From Eubacteriales bacterium (GTDB lineage: Bacteria > Bacillota > Clostridia > Oscillospirales > SIG627), in assembly GCA_045631145.1 (NCBI GenBank), contig JAZQUE010000074.1, positions 3,065 to 67,064 of the forward strand: DNA of 64,000 nucleotides, in the 5' to 3' direction. A program made the position numbers and the translations under genes. This document shows, piece by piece, positions 47,711-57,134 of this stretch; position 1 is the first letter of the stretch, and every line of letters starts with the position of its first letter. Below the pieces are notes generated by a model. The model made no database searches, was not told the DNA's origin, and was given only the letters and a program-made list of their open reading frames with translations.

Positions 47711-48735
47711 TGTTCCCAAACTTTATCCTGTTGATACTCTCCGAACAGTCCCCAACGACACATTGAAGCATAAATCGGGGTGTCGAGCTTAAATTTGCGG
47801 CGAAGTTCTGCAGGGCTGAACATTGTCGTTCCCTCCTCGATGACGTTGCCCGCACAGTCCTGTATGCATATATCGACCTCCTGTTTGCCTATGCAGCAAG
47901 CGAGGCTGACATACACGTCGCATTCGTGTTCTTCGGCATAACTCTTGGCAAGGGAACGGGCTGCAAGGTTCAGCGTGAGGTCTGCTTTGCTTGCGTCTTT
48001 CGTCCAAGGGCTACCGCCGCCGAGCTTGCAGTTTCCGCCGTAGAAGTCCACAGCGAGTTTTCGCCCTGTTGTACCACAATCCGCACGGCTGCTGTGCTGA
48101 ACGTAACGTCCTGTGCCGTTCACGATAAGTTCGTATTTTCCTGCCACCTTTGAACGGACAAAATCCTCGACGGTCTTTGTGTCCTGTTCGGGTAACAGGG
48201 GGATAGCAACGATAATTTTTGTAATAACATCGTTATCGGTTACTACCTGCGTCTTAATGTCAAGTCCACCGATACCGCTGTCGAAAAGCTCCTTACACAG
48301 ACGTTTGGCTACGGCGTGGTCGATAGGCATATAACAGTCCGACGGTCGCCATTCAGCCATACCGAAGAAAATGCCTTGGTCGCCCCAACCCGAAAGCCCC
48401 TGTGCGATGTCGGGGGACTGTTGGCTGATAAGCGACGTTACCTCCAACAGGTCTCCGCAAATGGTATTCTCTGCTCCCCATTTGTGCAGATAGTCCATTG
48501 TGTAGCCGATTTCGTTTACTGCCGCACGGACGTGCTGTCTTATCTCCGACGGGCTGAACTTACACTTGGACGATACCTCGCCGCCGAGCGTAACTTGGTA
48601 GTCCTTGATTTGTACCTCGACAGCGTAACGGGTGTCGGGGTCTTGCTCGATGTAGCGGTCTAACAGATACTGACTGATGTAGTCGGCAATCTTGTCAGGG
48701 TGTCCGAGCGATACGTACTCTGAAAATTTTATCAT
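47707..48735 (-). CDS. metK: divergent S-adenosylmethionine synthetase
   Basis: VSLGHPDKIADYISQ; GWGDQGIFFGMAEW; CGTTGRKLAVDFYGG; GGGSPWTKDASKADLTLNLAAR. Confidence 0.85.
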   Translation of the reverse strand: MIKFSEYVSLGHPDKIADYISQYLLDRYIEQDPDTRYAVEVQIKDYQVTLGGEVSSKCKFSPSEIRQHVRAAVNEIGYTMDYLHKWGAENTICGDLLEVTSLISQQSPDIAQGLSGWGDQGIFFGMAEWRPSDCYMPIDHAVAKRLCKELFDSGIGGLDIKTQVVTDNDVITKIIVAIPLLPEQDTKTVEDFVRSKVAGKYELIVNGTGRYVQHSSRADCGTTGRKLAVDFYGGNCKLGGGSPWTKDASKADLTLNLAARSLAKSYAEEHECDVYVSLACCIGKQEVDICIQDCAGNVIEEGTTMFSPAELRRKFKLDTPIYASMCRWGLFGEYQQDKVWEQ

Positions 48736-48765
48736 TGCTATAATTGTTAGAAAATTACTGTGGCA

Positions 48766-48796
48766 CAAAATTATTCAAAATGATTATAATATAATC
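48766..48796 (-). promoter_or_regulatory. putative promoter -7 box with GATTAT-N3-ATAATC dyad
   Basis: TAATTTTG (48773-48766) with dyad 48782-48796, upstream of metK. Confidence 0.5.
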
Positions 48797-48820
48797 ACAT
48801 TTGAGGCAAAAAAAGGGGTT

Positions 48821-49195
48821 TTAGGGGGTAGAATCACCCGAAATTGCCGTTTTTATGAGATTTAGGGTTGCGGTCTTGTATAAATCATCAGGCGTGACAC
48901 GGAACACCCGCCAACCCATTAGCGTTGCGGTATTGTACTTCTCGATGTCGCCGAGGAAACCCTGTGGGGAGGTGTGTCGTCCTCCCGTCCATACGCCGCC
49001 CTCTACCTCGAGGGCTATTTTGTGTTCGAGGATAGCATAGTCAAAACGCCATTTCCTGACGGGGTGAAATTTATGCTCCTTGACAACGTCGATATGGAGG
49101 TCTGTTTTGCAGATGATTGTGAAAACGTCCCTTATTTTTTGCTGATTCGCCGTCTGTCGGCTTTTCTTCTTCGATTGGTATGTTTGCTTATCCAT
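48821..49195 (-). CDS. VSR/DUF559-like endonuclease
   Basis: WRFDYAILEHKIALEVEGGVWTGGRH...GWRVFRVTPDDL. Confidence 0.65.
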   Translation of the reverse strand: MDKQTYQSKKKSRQTANQQKIRDVFTIICKTDLHIDVVKEHKFHPVRKWRFDYAILEHKIALEVEGGVWTGGRHTSPQGFLGDIEKYNTATLMGWRVFRVTPDDLYKTATLNLIKTAISGDSTP

Positions 49196-49286
49196 AGAAA
49201 GATGTTTTGAAATACGGGCTGATTTGGGCTTTGGACGACAAAACGGGGATTGCTCCCCGCCTTGCCTGTGTGAACCCGTGTCAGGT

Positions 49287-49658
49287 TTAGAACGGCAGAT
49301 CGTCGTCGTCAGCAAATGCCGTGTTGTCGAGTGTACCCGTTACGTTCATAGTCGCTTGCTTCTTCTCAATGGCGTGCATACCGCCGAGGATAGGAATAGC
49401 CTTGATTTGTTCCTCTGTCATTGCGTCCCGCTGTTCCTTTGGCAAATCCGCCTTGATACAGTGAGTGTCGCTGTACTTCGGTTCTTGCATTTCAATGGCT
49501 GTCAGGTTCAGGTAGCAGCCCTTTTCGCCGAGGAACATTCCGTCGCAATCATCGACAGGGATAATCAAGCAGCGTTTTACACTTGTCTTGCCTTGCAAGT
49601 TCTTCATAAATGCCCCCTTGAGTTTGAGGCAGTCGATTTTGATACCAAAATTGCTCAT
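49287..49658 (-). CDS. SSB-like phage protein
   Basis: C-terminal acidic tip DNTAFADDDDLPF resembles SSB tails. Confidence 0.45.
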   Translation of the reverse strand: MSNFGIKIDCLKLKGAFMKNLQGKTSVKRCLIIPVDDCDGMFLGEKGCYLNLTAIEMQEPKYSDTHCIKADLPKEQRDAMTEEQIKAIPILGGMHAIEKKQATMNVTGTLDNTAFADDDDLPF

Positions 49659-49679
49659 AGTGTCTAAAAATTAAATGGT

Positions 49680-50537
49680 TTATACTAAATTGAACTCAAT
49701 CTTCGAGAGATTCTTCTGAAACTTAATCATCGCCGTTTCAATAACAGGCGTTATCTTGATTTCATTATTGCCGAGGTAAGCGTCCATACAGGTGTAAAGC
49801 TCGTCGATACAGGGCAGATGTCCCTCACGAGCTTCCCCAAGCTTCTGTGCTATCATAGCTGTCATACGGTTTTCGTGCTTGCGTACCTCACGGCAGAACA
49901 TCATCGAGAGGAAAGCGTATGTTCGCATTTCGTCGTACTCGATTTTCAGGTGTTGGCGGTTGATTTCATTGCAGGTCGAATAATAAAGGATTTGGAAGTC
50001 AAACGCACACACGTTGATGAGCTCATCTGCCTGTGAGAGTATCTTATTCAGGTGCTCCCTGTCAAGGTCTTTGCTCAACTGTACGAGATAGTGTTCCCTT
50101 AGTTGCTTTACCGTGCGTGAGAGCTTCTTCACCTCGGAGATACGCTTATCGGCACAATATCTTACCACCTTATCGGCATAAACCCACGCCACCTGTGCAA
50201 TGATGAGCGGAACGAATGCTATCTGTACGTGCTCCTCGAAAGTGAAGCTCTCCATAAGTGCTTTGGTGTCGGCGTTGCACTGTTCCTTGAACTGCTTTTC
50301 CTGTACCTCGGCGGGAGTGCGTACCTCCCAAGTGAAACGCTCTGCGTTGCAGCGGACAGTCTTGTGCTTCTTCCTGTCCTTGTCAATAACGAGAACCGTC
50401 GCCCCGCTTTTGAGCTGCTCAACCCTGTTCACGTGGTATATTCCGCCCACCTTAATTTCGGGCTGTACCTTGTCGCTTACCTTGCGGGCTGTTATCTCTA
50501 TGAAGTCGCCCGCCTTTGCTGCTGTTTTCTTTGCCAT
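49680..50537 (-). CDS. hypothetical protein (285 aa)
   Basis: Long ORF in early operon. Confidence 0.55.
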   Translation of the reverse strand: MAKKTAAKAGDFIEITARKVSDKVQPEIKVGGIYHVNRVEQLKSGATVLVIDKDRKKHKTVRCNAERFTWEVRTPAEVQEKQFKEQCNADTKALMESFTFEEHVQIAFVPLIIAQVAWVYADKVVRYCADKRISEVKKLSRTVKQLREHYLVQLSKDLDREHLNKILSQADELINVCAFDFQILYYSTCNEINRQHLKIEYDEMRTYAFLSMMFCREVRKHENRMTAMIAQKLGEAREGHLPCIDELYTCMDAYLGNNEIKITPVIETAMIKFQKNLSKIEFNLV

Positions 50538-50593
50538 AATCTGTTATTTTTGAGGTCATTTTATACTTGTTTATTTTATTTGCGTTCAGCCCG

Positions 50594-51133
50594 TCAATAC
50601 CCTTTCCCGTGCTTTTTCGGGCGTGTCCTGTTGTAAGCCATTTTCAGCTCGATATGGGTACGGAGGTCAATCTCTTTCTGTGCTGCAAGAGTGCATATCA
50701 TTGAAAGTGAATAGTTTAGCCTGACATACAGGTCGTCAGCCGTTCCTCCTCCTGCTATAAATCTGCAAATGGTAAGGATATTTTCCGTGAACAATTTCGT
50801 GGGTTCTATCTCGACCGTCTGCTGTCCGCCGAAGTCCAAATCAATGTTCCGAAGCCCTGCGAGGTCGCAAATACGTATGCAAGCGTCTGCAAGTTCATCC
50901 TCGACTGTATCTTTGACATACAGGAGGAAATTCTTTTCAAAGAGCCGTCCATAAGCCTTTAGAAACTTTACTGCCCCTTGGTCTGCCCGAAGACCTTTTC
51001 TGTCAGCTTCGACCGCTTCCATAAGCTCTGATATAATCAAGCACTTCAAATGGTCATCGCTTTGCTCCTGTTCGTGGAAGCCGTGTTCTTTGGCTATCCT
51101 GTACGCTTCCTCTTTGTACATATTGAAATTCAT
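50594..51133 (-). CDS. MazG-like protein
   Basis: LKCLIISELMEAVEADRKG...VEDELADACIRICDLAG. Confidence 0.6.
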   Translation of the reverse strand: MNFNMYKEEAYRIAKEHGFHEQEQSDDHLKCLIISELMEAVEADRKGLRADQGAVKFLKAYGRLFEKNFLLYVKDTVEDELADACIRICDLAGLRNIDLDFGGQQTVEIEPTKLFTENILTICRFIAGGGTADDLYVRLNYSLSMICTLAAQKEIDLRTHIELKMAYNRTRPKKHGKGY

Positions 51134-51621
51134 ATTCTCCTCCTTTCGTAATAATGTCCGCAAACGAACATATCTTCTGTTACCTGTTGGGTGGGGTTGT
51201 TACCGCCCGCCATATAGCAAGCTCCTTTCTTGTAGAAATAGCAGGTTGAGCATTTTTCCGCCCTTTGCTTCTTGGCTGCTTCTATGCTTATAATCTTGTC
51301 ATAGAAGCTGTACGTCGGCTTCCCTCCCCAAAAACAGGGACGTAGTTCGCCTTTCTTTCCAATCGCATAACCTGTGAGCATACCCGCAACCTGATACTGT
51401 CGACCGAGCTTGTTTTTCGGCTTGGCTGCATACTCGGGCATCATTCTTGACCGTGTTTCCTCGGTTACCTCGAGTTTTACGATTACCTGTTGATACTTTC
51501 TGAACGGGAACGGTAGCCGCTCCTCTGTGTACTGCCATTCGGCTTTGTTCAATTCTGCGTAAGCCTCGGAAACTTTCTGTTCCTTTTCCTGTCGCAGCTT
51601 CTGTAATTCTTCAAATGTCAT
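51130..51621 (-). CDS. hypothetical protein with C-terminal Cys cluster
   Basis: CSTCYFYKKGACYMAGGNNPTQQVTEDMFVCGHYY. Confidence 0.55.
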   Translation of the reverse strand: MTFEELQKLRQEKEQKVSEAYAELNKAEWQYTEERLPFPFRKYQQVIVKLEVTEETRSRMMPEYAAKPKNKLGRQYQVAGMLTGYAIGKKGELRPCFWGGKPTYSFYDKIISIEAAKKQRAEKCSTCYFYKKGACYMAGGNNPTQQVTEDMFVCGHYYERRRI

Positions 51622-51639
51622 ACGCTGTATATTTGGTTA

Positions 51640-53493
51640 TTAAAATGGGCAATCATCTTCGGGGAGGTCGTCGAAGTCAAACACGGATGCTGCTTCGGCT
51701 TCCTCATAACGTCTGCGGGCTTCTTCCTGTAAATGGTTGGTATTGTCCCAATCAGGTTCAGAACCGCCCGTATAAGGGCTGTAACGCCCGTTGTTCAGGT
51801 TGTATTTGAATTGTGCCATACCGCACTCTCCGAGGTGTCGGAACTTCACTTTCTGAATGTGAACCTCCGTGATGTTCTCAATGCGGTTTCGATGTACGAC
51901 GATACCGAAGTCCGCTTTGTTATAGAAGTTAGCTGAACCGCTGATGTCATACAGGGTCGGGGTTTCTATAATACCGTCTTTGTTCTTCGGCATTTTTGTC
52001 GGGTGTGCCATAAGGATAATCAGAATGTCATTCTGCTGTGCGAAATTCGTCAGACGGTCGAGCGTTTCGCTGATGTATAGCGTTTCATTACGTCCTCCGC
52101 TGTGTTGGTTCTCCAAACGGTTGTACGGGTCAATCACGAGGGCTTTTATACCCTTGCGTCTTACGAGGAATTTTGCTTTTTCGAGAATGGTTTCAAGCCT
52201 GAAATCATTGTGCGGGCTGATAAAGAAGAAGTCCTGTTCGAGGTGTTCCTTTACCTGTCTGTATTCCCCGTAGCCGAGGTGCTGCTTGTCGAACTTCTTT
52301 CCCGTGAACTTTTCTATCAGCTTCGAGGCGTGATAGGCGAGCGGGGCGTTCTCGGGGCTGAAAAAAGCGAACCTCCAACCGTAACGCATATTCAGGCGTT
52401 CAGCTATTTCGTCGATGAACTCCGACTTACCGCTGCCTGGAATACCTGTCACGATACAGAGGCGTTTGGTCTCGAAAGAACACAGGCGGTCGAAGTTGTC
52501 GTGCCCGATTGTTACGCCTTTCTGCATACCGAACTCAAACAGTGCGTCGAGCGACTGTTCAAAGTCCTGTATAGTGAAAACCCCCTCAATCTTCGTTTCG
52601 GGAGCGTCAGCGAGGCATTTCAACAGGCTTTCCCGTCCGAACTTTATCAGGTGTTCGTTAGCGTCCTTGCAGCCCTCGCCATACTCCAACACTCGGCAGC
52701 GTTCAACGCCGAAGCGACGGAGAAGCTCGTCCCGAAGTTCCACGCCCTTTGTATCGGTGTCCGAGGCAATGTAGATAACGTCCTTATCATCGAAATACTC
52801 CTCGATGTAGTCGTCGAGGTAGGAGAGGTTGGCGTTAGCCCCGTTCGGAACGCTGATCACGTCGGTTCGTCCGCACTCAACGAAAGAAAGAGCGTCCATT
52901 TCCCCCTCCGTTATGATACACTCGTTCTTGCCTTTGATACCGTCGATATTGTACGGCAGGAGTTCCGCCCCTGAACAGAGCTTGAAGCATTTGTCCCCTG
53001 TGCGGAACTTCGTGTTCACGAGCTGCCCGCCCTTGTAGTAGTTGAATTGAATCGTATTCGCCTGTCCGTTCTTCTGCGGCATAAACTCCATACCCTCTGT
53101 AACTCTCATCGCCGTGAGCGTAGCAGGGCTTATGCCTCGTCCCTTGAACCAAGCGAGAGCCTTTTCACTCAACGCCGAGCTGCCTGTCCGTGTGGGCTTC
53201 TTGTAGGTCGGCTTCTGATGTTTGAGCGGAGCGGGGTTGTAGAACGGCTTCTTCCATTCCTCCTGTTCACGCTCGGCAGCGCAACCGCTATACCCGCAGT
53301 AGTGGCAGTTGAACATTCCCGTAGAGAGGTCACAGGAAAGGCTCTTGTCACGCTTGTCGTGGCGTTGGTCTCTGCACTGCGGGCAGTGTACTTTCACGTT
53401 CCCTGATGTCCTGTTATACGGGATGTCAATGCCGTATTTCTTCCAATCCATTCGTGTCATAAGATTATCCATTGAGAGGTTGAAGTATTCCAA
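51640..53493 (-). CDS. phage primase-helicase (zinc finger, TOPRIM, DnaB-like)
   Basis: CPQC...C..CGYSG; ECIITEGEMDALSF; TGIPGSGKSEFIDEIA; KALVIDPYNRLEN. Confidence 0.85.
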   Translation of the reverse strand: MEYFNLSMDNLMTRMDWKKYGIDIPYNRTSGNVKVHCPQCRDQRHDKRDKSLSCDLSTGMFNCHYCGYSGCAAEREQEEWKKPFYNPAPLKHQKPTYKKPTRTGSSALSEKALAWFKGRGISPATLTAMRVTEGMEFMPQKNGQANTIQFNYYKGGQLVNTKFRTGDKCFKLCSGAELLPYNIDGIKGKNECIITEGEMDALSFVECGRTDVISVPNGANANLSYLDDYIEEYFDDKDVIYIASDTDTKGVELRDELLRRFGVERCRVLEYGEGCKDANEHLIKFGRESLLKCLADAPETKIEGVFTIQDFEQSLDALFEFGMQKGVTIGHDNFDRLCSFETKRLCIVTGIPGSGKSEFIDEIAERLNMRYGWRFAFFSPENAPLAYHASKLIEKFTGKKFDKQHLGYGEYRQVKEHLEQDFFFISPHNDFRLETILEKAKFLVRRKGIKALVIDPYNRLENQHSGGRNETLYISETLDRLTNFAQQNDILIILMAHPTKMPKNKDGIIETPTLYDISGSANFYNKADFGIVVHRNRIENITEVHIQKVKFRHLGECGMAQFKYNLNNGRYSPYTGGSEPDWDNTNHLQEEARRRYEEAEAASVFDFDDLPEDDCPF

Positions 53494-54407
53494 GCGTGAC
53501 GCTCACTCGGGCGTGGCGGTGCGTCGTTGGGGATTGTCGCCCGTCCTGTGCCGTATGTGCGTCGTCCTGTTGCGTCGATAAACTCACCTACGCCGAGCTG
53601 TATGTTCGCCTGTTGTGGGGCTTGTTTGCTTCCTCTGTTGTTGTCATAGTTGCCCTCCATGACCTTTACCCAATTTTTCGGGCTGTCAAACACCCAATCG
53701 AATGTTGCCGTCCATTGATGATTGTTGTTGCCCCGAAGAAAATCAGAAGCGGCAATTCTTTCAAACAGGGCTTCAATGGTCGGCATCCATTCTTCCTGTT
53801 TGCCGAACTCCTGTAAACGAGCCTTGATTTTATTGCGTCGTGCCTCCGAGAGCTTCTGTACTTTCGGGAGGAACGCCCCGCAGATAGAGTTCCACTTGTC
53901 GGCAATATCCTGATAAGGATATCTAACTCTATTCTCTTCTATTCTATTTTCTTCTAATCTATTCTCTTCTATTATGTTATCTGATGTTATAACATTGTTA
54001 TCGGGTGCTATATCCTTGTTACGGTTTCCCCAACGTGAAGACATACCACGTTTGCCCGCTTCTGAACGGCGTTGGAAGCGTTCGATAATGCTTTGGAAAC
54101 GGCGTTGGTGTGCTGTGCTGAACAGGCGGGTGCCGTCCTGTTGCAGAAGCCCGATTTTACAACAGTAGTCCACGATTTCGGATAACTCCTGTACTGACAC
54201 GTCAAAATCAGCGGCGAGGAGTTCTTTCGTCACATCGTCATACCCGATTTCAAACGCTTCAACATCAGTCAGAACCTCCAAGAGATAGTTCCACACGGCA
54301 TACCCTGTGTGAGAGAATTTTCGGCGGAGAGCCTTTATCTTCACGTCGTTTCGCATATCAGCGTCGTGCGTGAAGTATTGAGCCGCAAGTTTACCATTTA
54401 GTGCCAT
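53457..54407 (-). CDS. replication initiation-like protein (DUF4373/Lin1244-type N-terminus)
   Basis: AQYFTHDADMRNDVKIKALRRKFSHTGYAVWNYLLEVL. Confidence 0.75.
   Translation of the reverse strand: MALNGKLAAQYFTHDADMRNDVKIKALRRKFSHTGYAVWNYLLEVLTDVEAFEIGYDDVTKELLAADFDVSVQELSEIVDYCCKIGLLQQDGTRLFSTAHQRRFQSIIERFQRRSEAGKRGMSSRWGNRNKDIAPDNNVITSDNIIEENRLEENRIEENRVRYPYQDIADKWNSICGAFLPKVQKLSEARRNKIKARLQEFGKQEEWMPTIEALFERIAASDFLRGNNNHQWTATFDWVFDSPKNWVKVMEGNYDNNRGSKQAPQQANIQLGVGEFIDATGRRTYGTGRATIPNDAPPRPSERHAWNTSTSQWIIL
53928..53972. repeat. three tandem 15-bp units, iteron-like
   Basis: Minus strand ATAGAAGAGAATAGA / TTAGAAGAAAATAGA / ATAGAAGAGAATAGA. Confidence 0.85.
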
Positions 54408-54416
54408 AACTATGAT

Positions 54417-55796
54417 TTATTGAATTGTTGCTATGATTGATTTCCTGAGTTTCTCATTCTTGGCACTCCATTCAAAATTGTTCAACATCCATTGCCGATA
54501 GTTCAACGGAATGTCGCAAATGCGTTCGCCCTTGTATTTTCCGAAAGGCATTATCTCAATCGGCTGCTCGGCTTGCTTGTCAATGGCTGCAGTGTCCTCA
54601 CGGGTTATCTTCCCGATGTCAGTTATCGGAATGCCGCTCAACAGGCGACCGCCTGTCCCGAACATTCGCCATATCTTGCCTTGCTCGAAAGTGATGTCCT
54701 CGACACGTCCGAAGCGTGAAACATTACCGCCCAAATCAACTATCAGTGCGTCCTCCTTGCCCTCGTCAATACGGGTGGCACGTCCGATAATCTGATAGTA
54801 CAGGGCTATGGAGGCTGTCGATATTCCGAGGATAATACAGTCAATGCCTGTATAGTCGAAACCTGTCGAAAGCACCCGCACGTTAAAAATTACCCTGATT
54901 CTGCCCGCTTTGAACTCGTTGATAATGTTTGCCCTCTCTGCGGGCTTCATATCGCCGTAAATCACAGCAGAACCCGTGTAGCGGTGCGATAAGTCGATTG
55001 CGTCCTGTACCGAGGGACAGAACACGAGGATATGCTGCCTGTCCGTGTGCTTGTCGAGGGCTTCGATTATACCCTGTTCCCCTCCGTTGGCTTCATAAGC
55101 CCGCAGGACGCTGTCCTCCGTGAACTCCGATTTCGAGGTGTTGTAAACCAACATACTGCTGTCGAAGTCGGCGGCTTCATAGCGGAGTTTGCTCCAAAAG
55201 CCGAGCTGTACCATTTCAGATACCTGTCCGACGTGGATAATGTCTTTATAGAAATTGCCTTTCTTGCTGCGTGATGTCAGCATAACGAGCTTTGAGAATG
55301 TGCCGCCGTCCTGATCATAGTTCTGTTGGAGCTTTACAGGCGTTGCGGTTATACCGAGGACGTGTGTTATCCCGCTGTCAGCGAGGAAACGTCCTAACAT
55401 ACTGTCAGCCTCACGGGGATATAGGTGTGCCTCGTCGATGAGTACTTTCGTGAAGCCCATTTCCTTGAACTGCGCCCCGAGGTTCTTTATCGAGCCGATT
55501 GTAGCGTAGGTTATCTGTGCGATTTCCTTTCGCCCGAATGAAGCCGAGTAAATGCCCGCATTCACAGCGAAACCGTCACACAGGGCGTAGTACTTCTTGA
55601 TGTTCTGTTCCAACAGCTCCTTTGAGGGTTGGAGAACCAAGAGCCTGTCGTTACAGTTCATTGCGACAAAAGCCGTCAGGATTGATTTGCCCCACGCTGT
55701 TGGCAGGACTATCAAACTTGGCTTCGGCTTCTGCTGCTTGAAGAACTCAATCGCTTTCTGTATCGGTTCGGTTTGGTTTGACCGTAATTGTATCAT
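54417..55796 (-). CDS. DEAD/DEAH-box SF2 helicase
   Basis: VLPTAWGKSILTAFV; VLIDEAHLYPREADSML; YYQIIGRATRIDEG. Confidence 0.85.
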   Translation of the reverse strand: MIQLRSNQTEPIQKAIEFFKQQKPKPSLIVLPTAWGKSILTAFVAMNCNDRLLVLQPSKELLEQNIKKYYALCDGFAVNAGIYSASFGRKEIAQITYATIGSIKNLGAQFKEMGFTKVLIDEAHLYPREADSMLGRFLADSGITHVLGITATPVKLQQNYDQDGGTFSKLVMLTSRSKKGNFYKDIIHVGQVSEMVQLGFWSKLRYEAADFDSSMLVYNTSKSEFTEDSVLRAYEANGGEQGIIEALDKHTDRQHILVFCPSVQDAIDLSHRYTGSAVIYGDMKPAERANIINEFKAGRIRVIFNVRVLSTGFDYTGIDCIILGISTASIALYYQIIGRATRIDEGKEDALIVDLGGNVSRFGRVEDITFEQGKIWRMFGTGGRLLSGIPITDIGKITREDTAAIDKQAEQPIEIMPFGKYKGERICDIPLNYRQWMLNNFEWSAKNEKLRKSIIATIQ

Positions 55797-55963
55797 TGTT
55801 GCTATGAGAAAAGGAAAGCCGCACGTAGGGCTAACCACGCATAACAGTTGCGTCGGGCTTCCTTTCGGAGCAGCCCACCCGTGTGCGGCTTTGTATATAT
55901 TTCAACGATGAATCTCATATCTGTTCTTTTGGTTATCGCAAAGTTAAAACGATTATATTATAA

Positions 55964-56173
55964 TCACTTTTGATTTCGAGAATTTTTTAACCGTTCAGGT
56001 AAATCAGAGGGCGAAAACGGCTGTTTCTTCATCAACTCCCTACGGAGTATCTTCGCTCGTCGGCATAGGTTGAACACCCGTGTATTGCTGCTGCTCACGT
56101 CCTTGTTGCTCTCACACAGGTAGTCGATATAGCGGATAATCTCGTCACGCTGTTGGTTAGATATTGCAATCAT
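55964..56173 (-). CDS. hypothetical protein (69 aa)
   Basis: Small ORF in early operon. Confidence 0.4.
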   Translation of the reverse strand: MIAISNQQRDEIIRYIDYLCESNKDVSSSNTRVFNLCRRAKILRRELMKKQPFSPSDLPERLKNSRNQK

Positions 56174-56192
56174 TTTCGCTCTGTTTTACGGG

Positions 56193-57134
56193 TTATTTCA
56201 ACAGGAAGCGTCGAGCCCCTGTAACGGTCTTTGTAAACTCTCTCGCAAGGTCAGGATGTGCGGCTTGAAAAGCCTTTGCGTCGAACTTCTCACTGTCTTT
56301 CGGGGCTTTCCAAGTAGCGATTGTCTGTCCCCCGTAGCTGATAGCCTCTGCGTCACCGAAACCGAGCTTAATGCGTCCCTCCAATTCCTCTTTGCGTTCT
56401 TCGAGGCGGGAGAGTTCTTCTTTTACCCCTTTCAGTTGATTGTAGGCTTCAAAGATTTCCTCCGTCACTTCGAGAACCTTGCCCGCTGTGTGGCGGTTGT
56501 ATTTCAGGAGAACGTCCTGTACGGAAACGGCTGACGGTTCTTGCTTTCCAAGGATATTGTCAGTCCAAAATCGCTCAACCTCCTCAACGAGCCAAGCGTA
56601 GAAGTCGGGAACGAGCATAAGGTCTTTATACCCGAACTCCCTGCCCTGTGTGAGCCAAGCGATACTGCCCTGTGTGAGTTCCGCTCCTCCGAGCTGATAC
56701 TGAACCTGACAGAACCAATGCTTCGGGAGGTCGTCCCCGTCAATGGCTTTCTGTGTTGTCTTACACTCCAAAATGCCCTTGTTTTGGTCGTTGTGCTTCA
56801 TACCCTCCAACCAATATGTACGGTCGGGAGAAACCTGTATAAACTGTTTCTCGTTGTTGCGGATAATCCAATCCCCGACAGAGCGTTTGATAACCTCACG
56901 TCCTGTTGCGTCCTGCCAAAACTGCGAAACAGCGTCCTCGAGGTAGTGTCCCGCTTTCATCGCAAAGGTTTCCTCTTTCGGAGCGTCAAGCCCGATTTTA
57001 CGTCTCCATAACTGATACGGGGTTTCCCAAGGGTTCAAGCCTACGATAGTGGCTACCTCGCTGCTGCCGATACCTGATTTTCTGAACTCCAACCATTCGG
57101 CACGGTCTTTCGGTCTGATAACTGTAACACTCAT
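56193..57134 (-). CDS. YqaJ-family (lambda Exo-like) recombination nuclease
   Basis: WLEFRKSGIGSSEVATIVGLNPWETPYQLWRRKIG; GILECKTTQ. Confidence 0.88.
   Translation of the reverse strand: MSVTVIRPKDRAEWLEFRKSGIGSSEVATIVGLNPWETPYQLWRRKIGLDAPKEETFAMKAGHYLEDAVSQFWQDATGREVIKRSVGDWIIRNNEKQFIQVSPDRTYWLEGMKHNDQNKGILECKTTQKAIDGDDLPKHWFCQVQYQLGGAELTQGSIAWLTQGREFGYKDLMLVPDFYAWLVEEVERFWTDNILGKQEPSAVSVQDVLLKYNRHTAGKVLEVTEEIFEAYNQLKGVKEELSRLEERKEELEGRIKLGFGDAEAISYGGQTIATWKAPKDSEKFDAKAFQAAHPDLAREFTKTVTGARRFLLK

Noticed and set aside
52102-52974. 290-aa + strand ORF
   Set aside because: Antisense to the motif-rich primase-helicase
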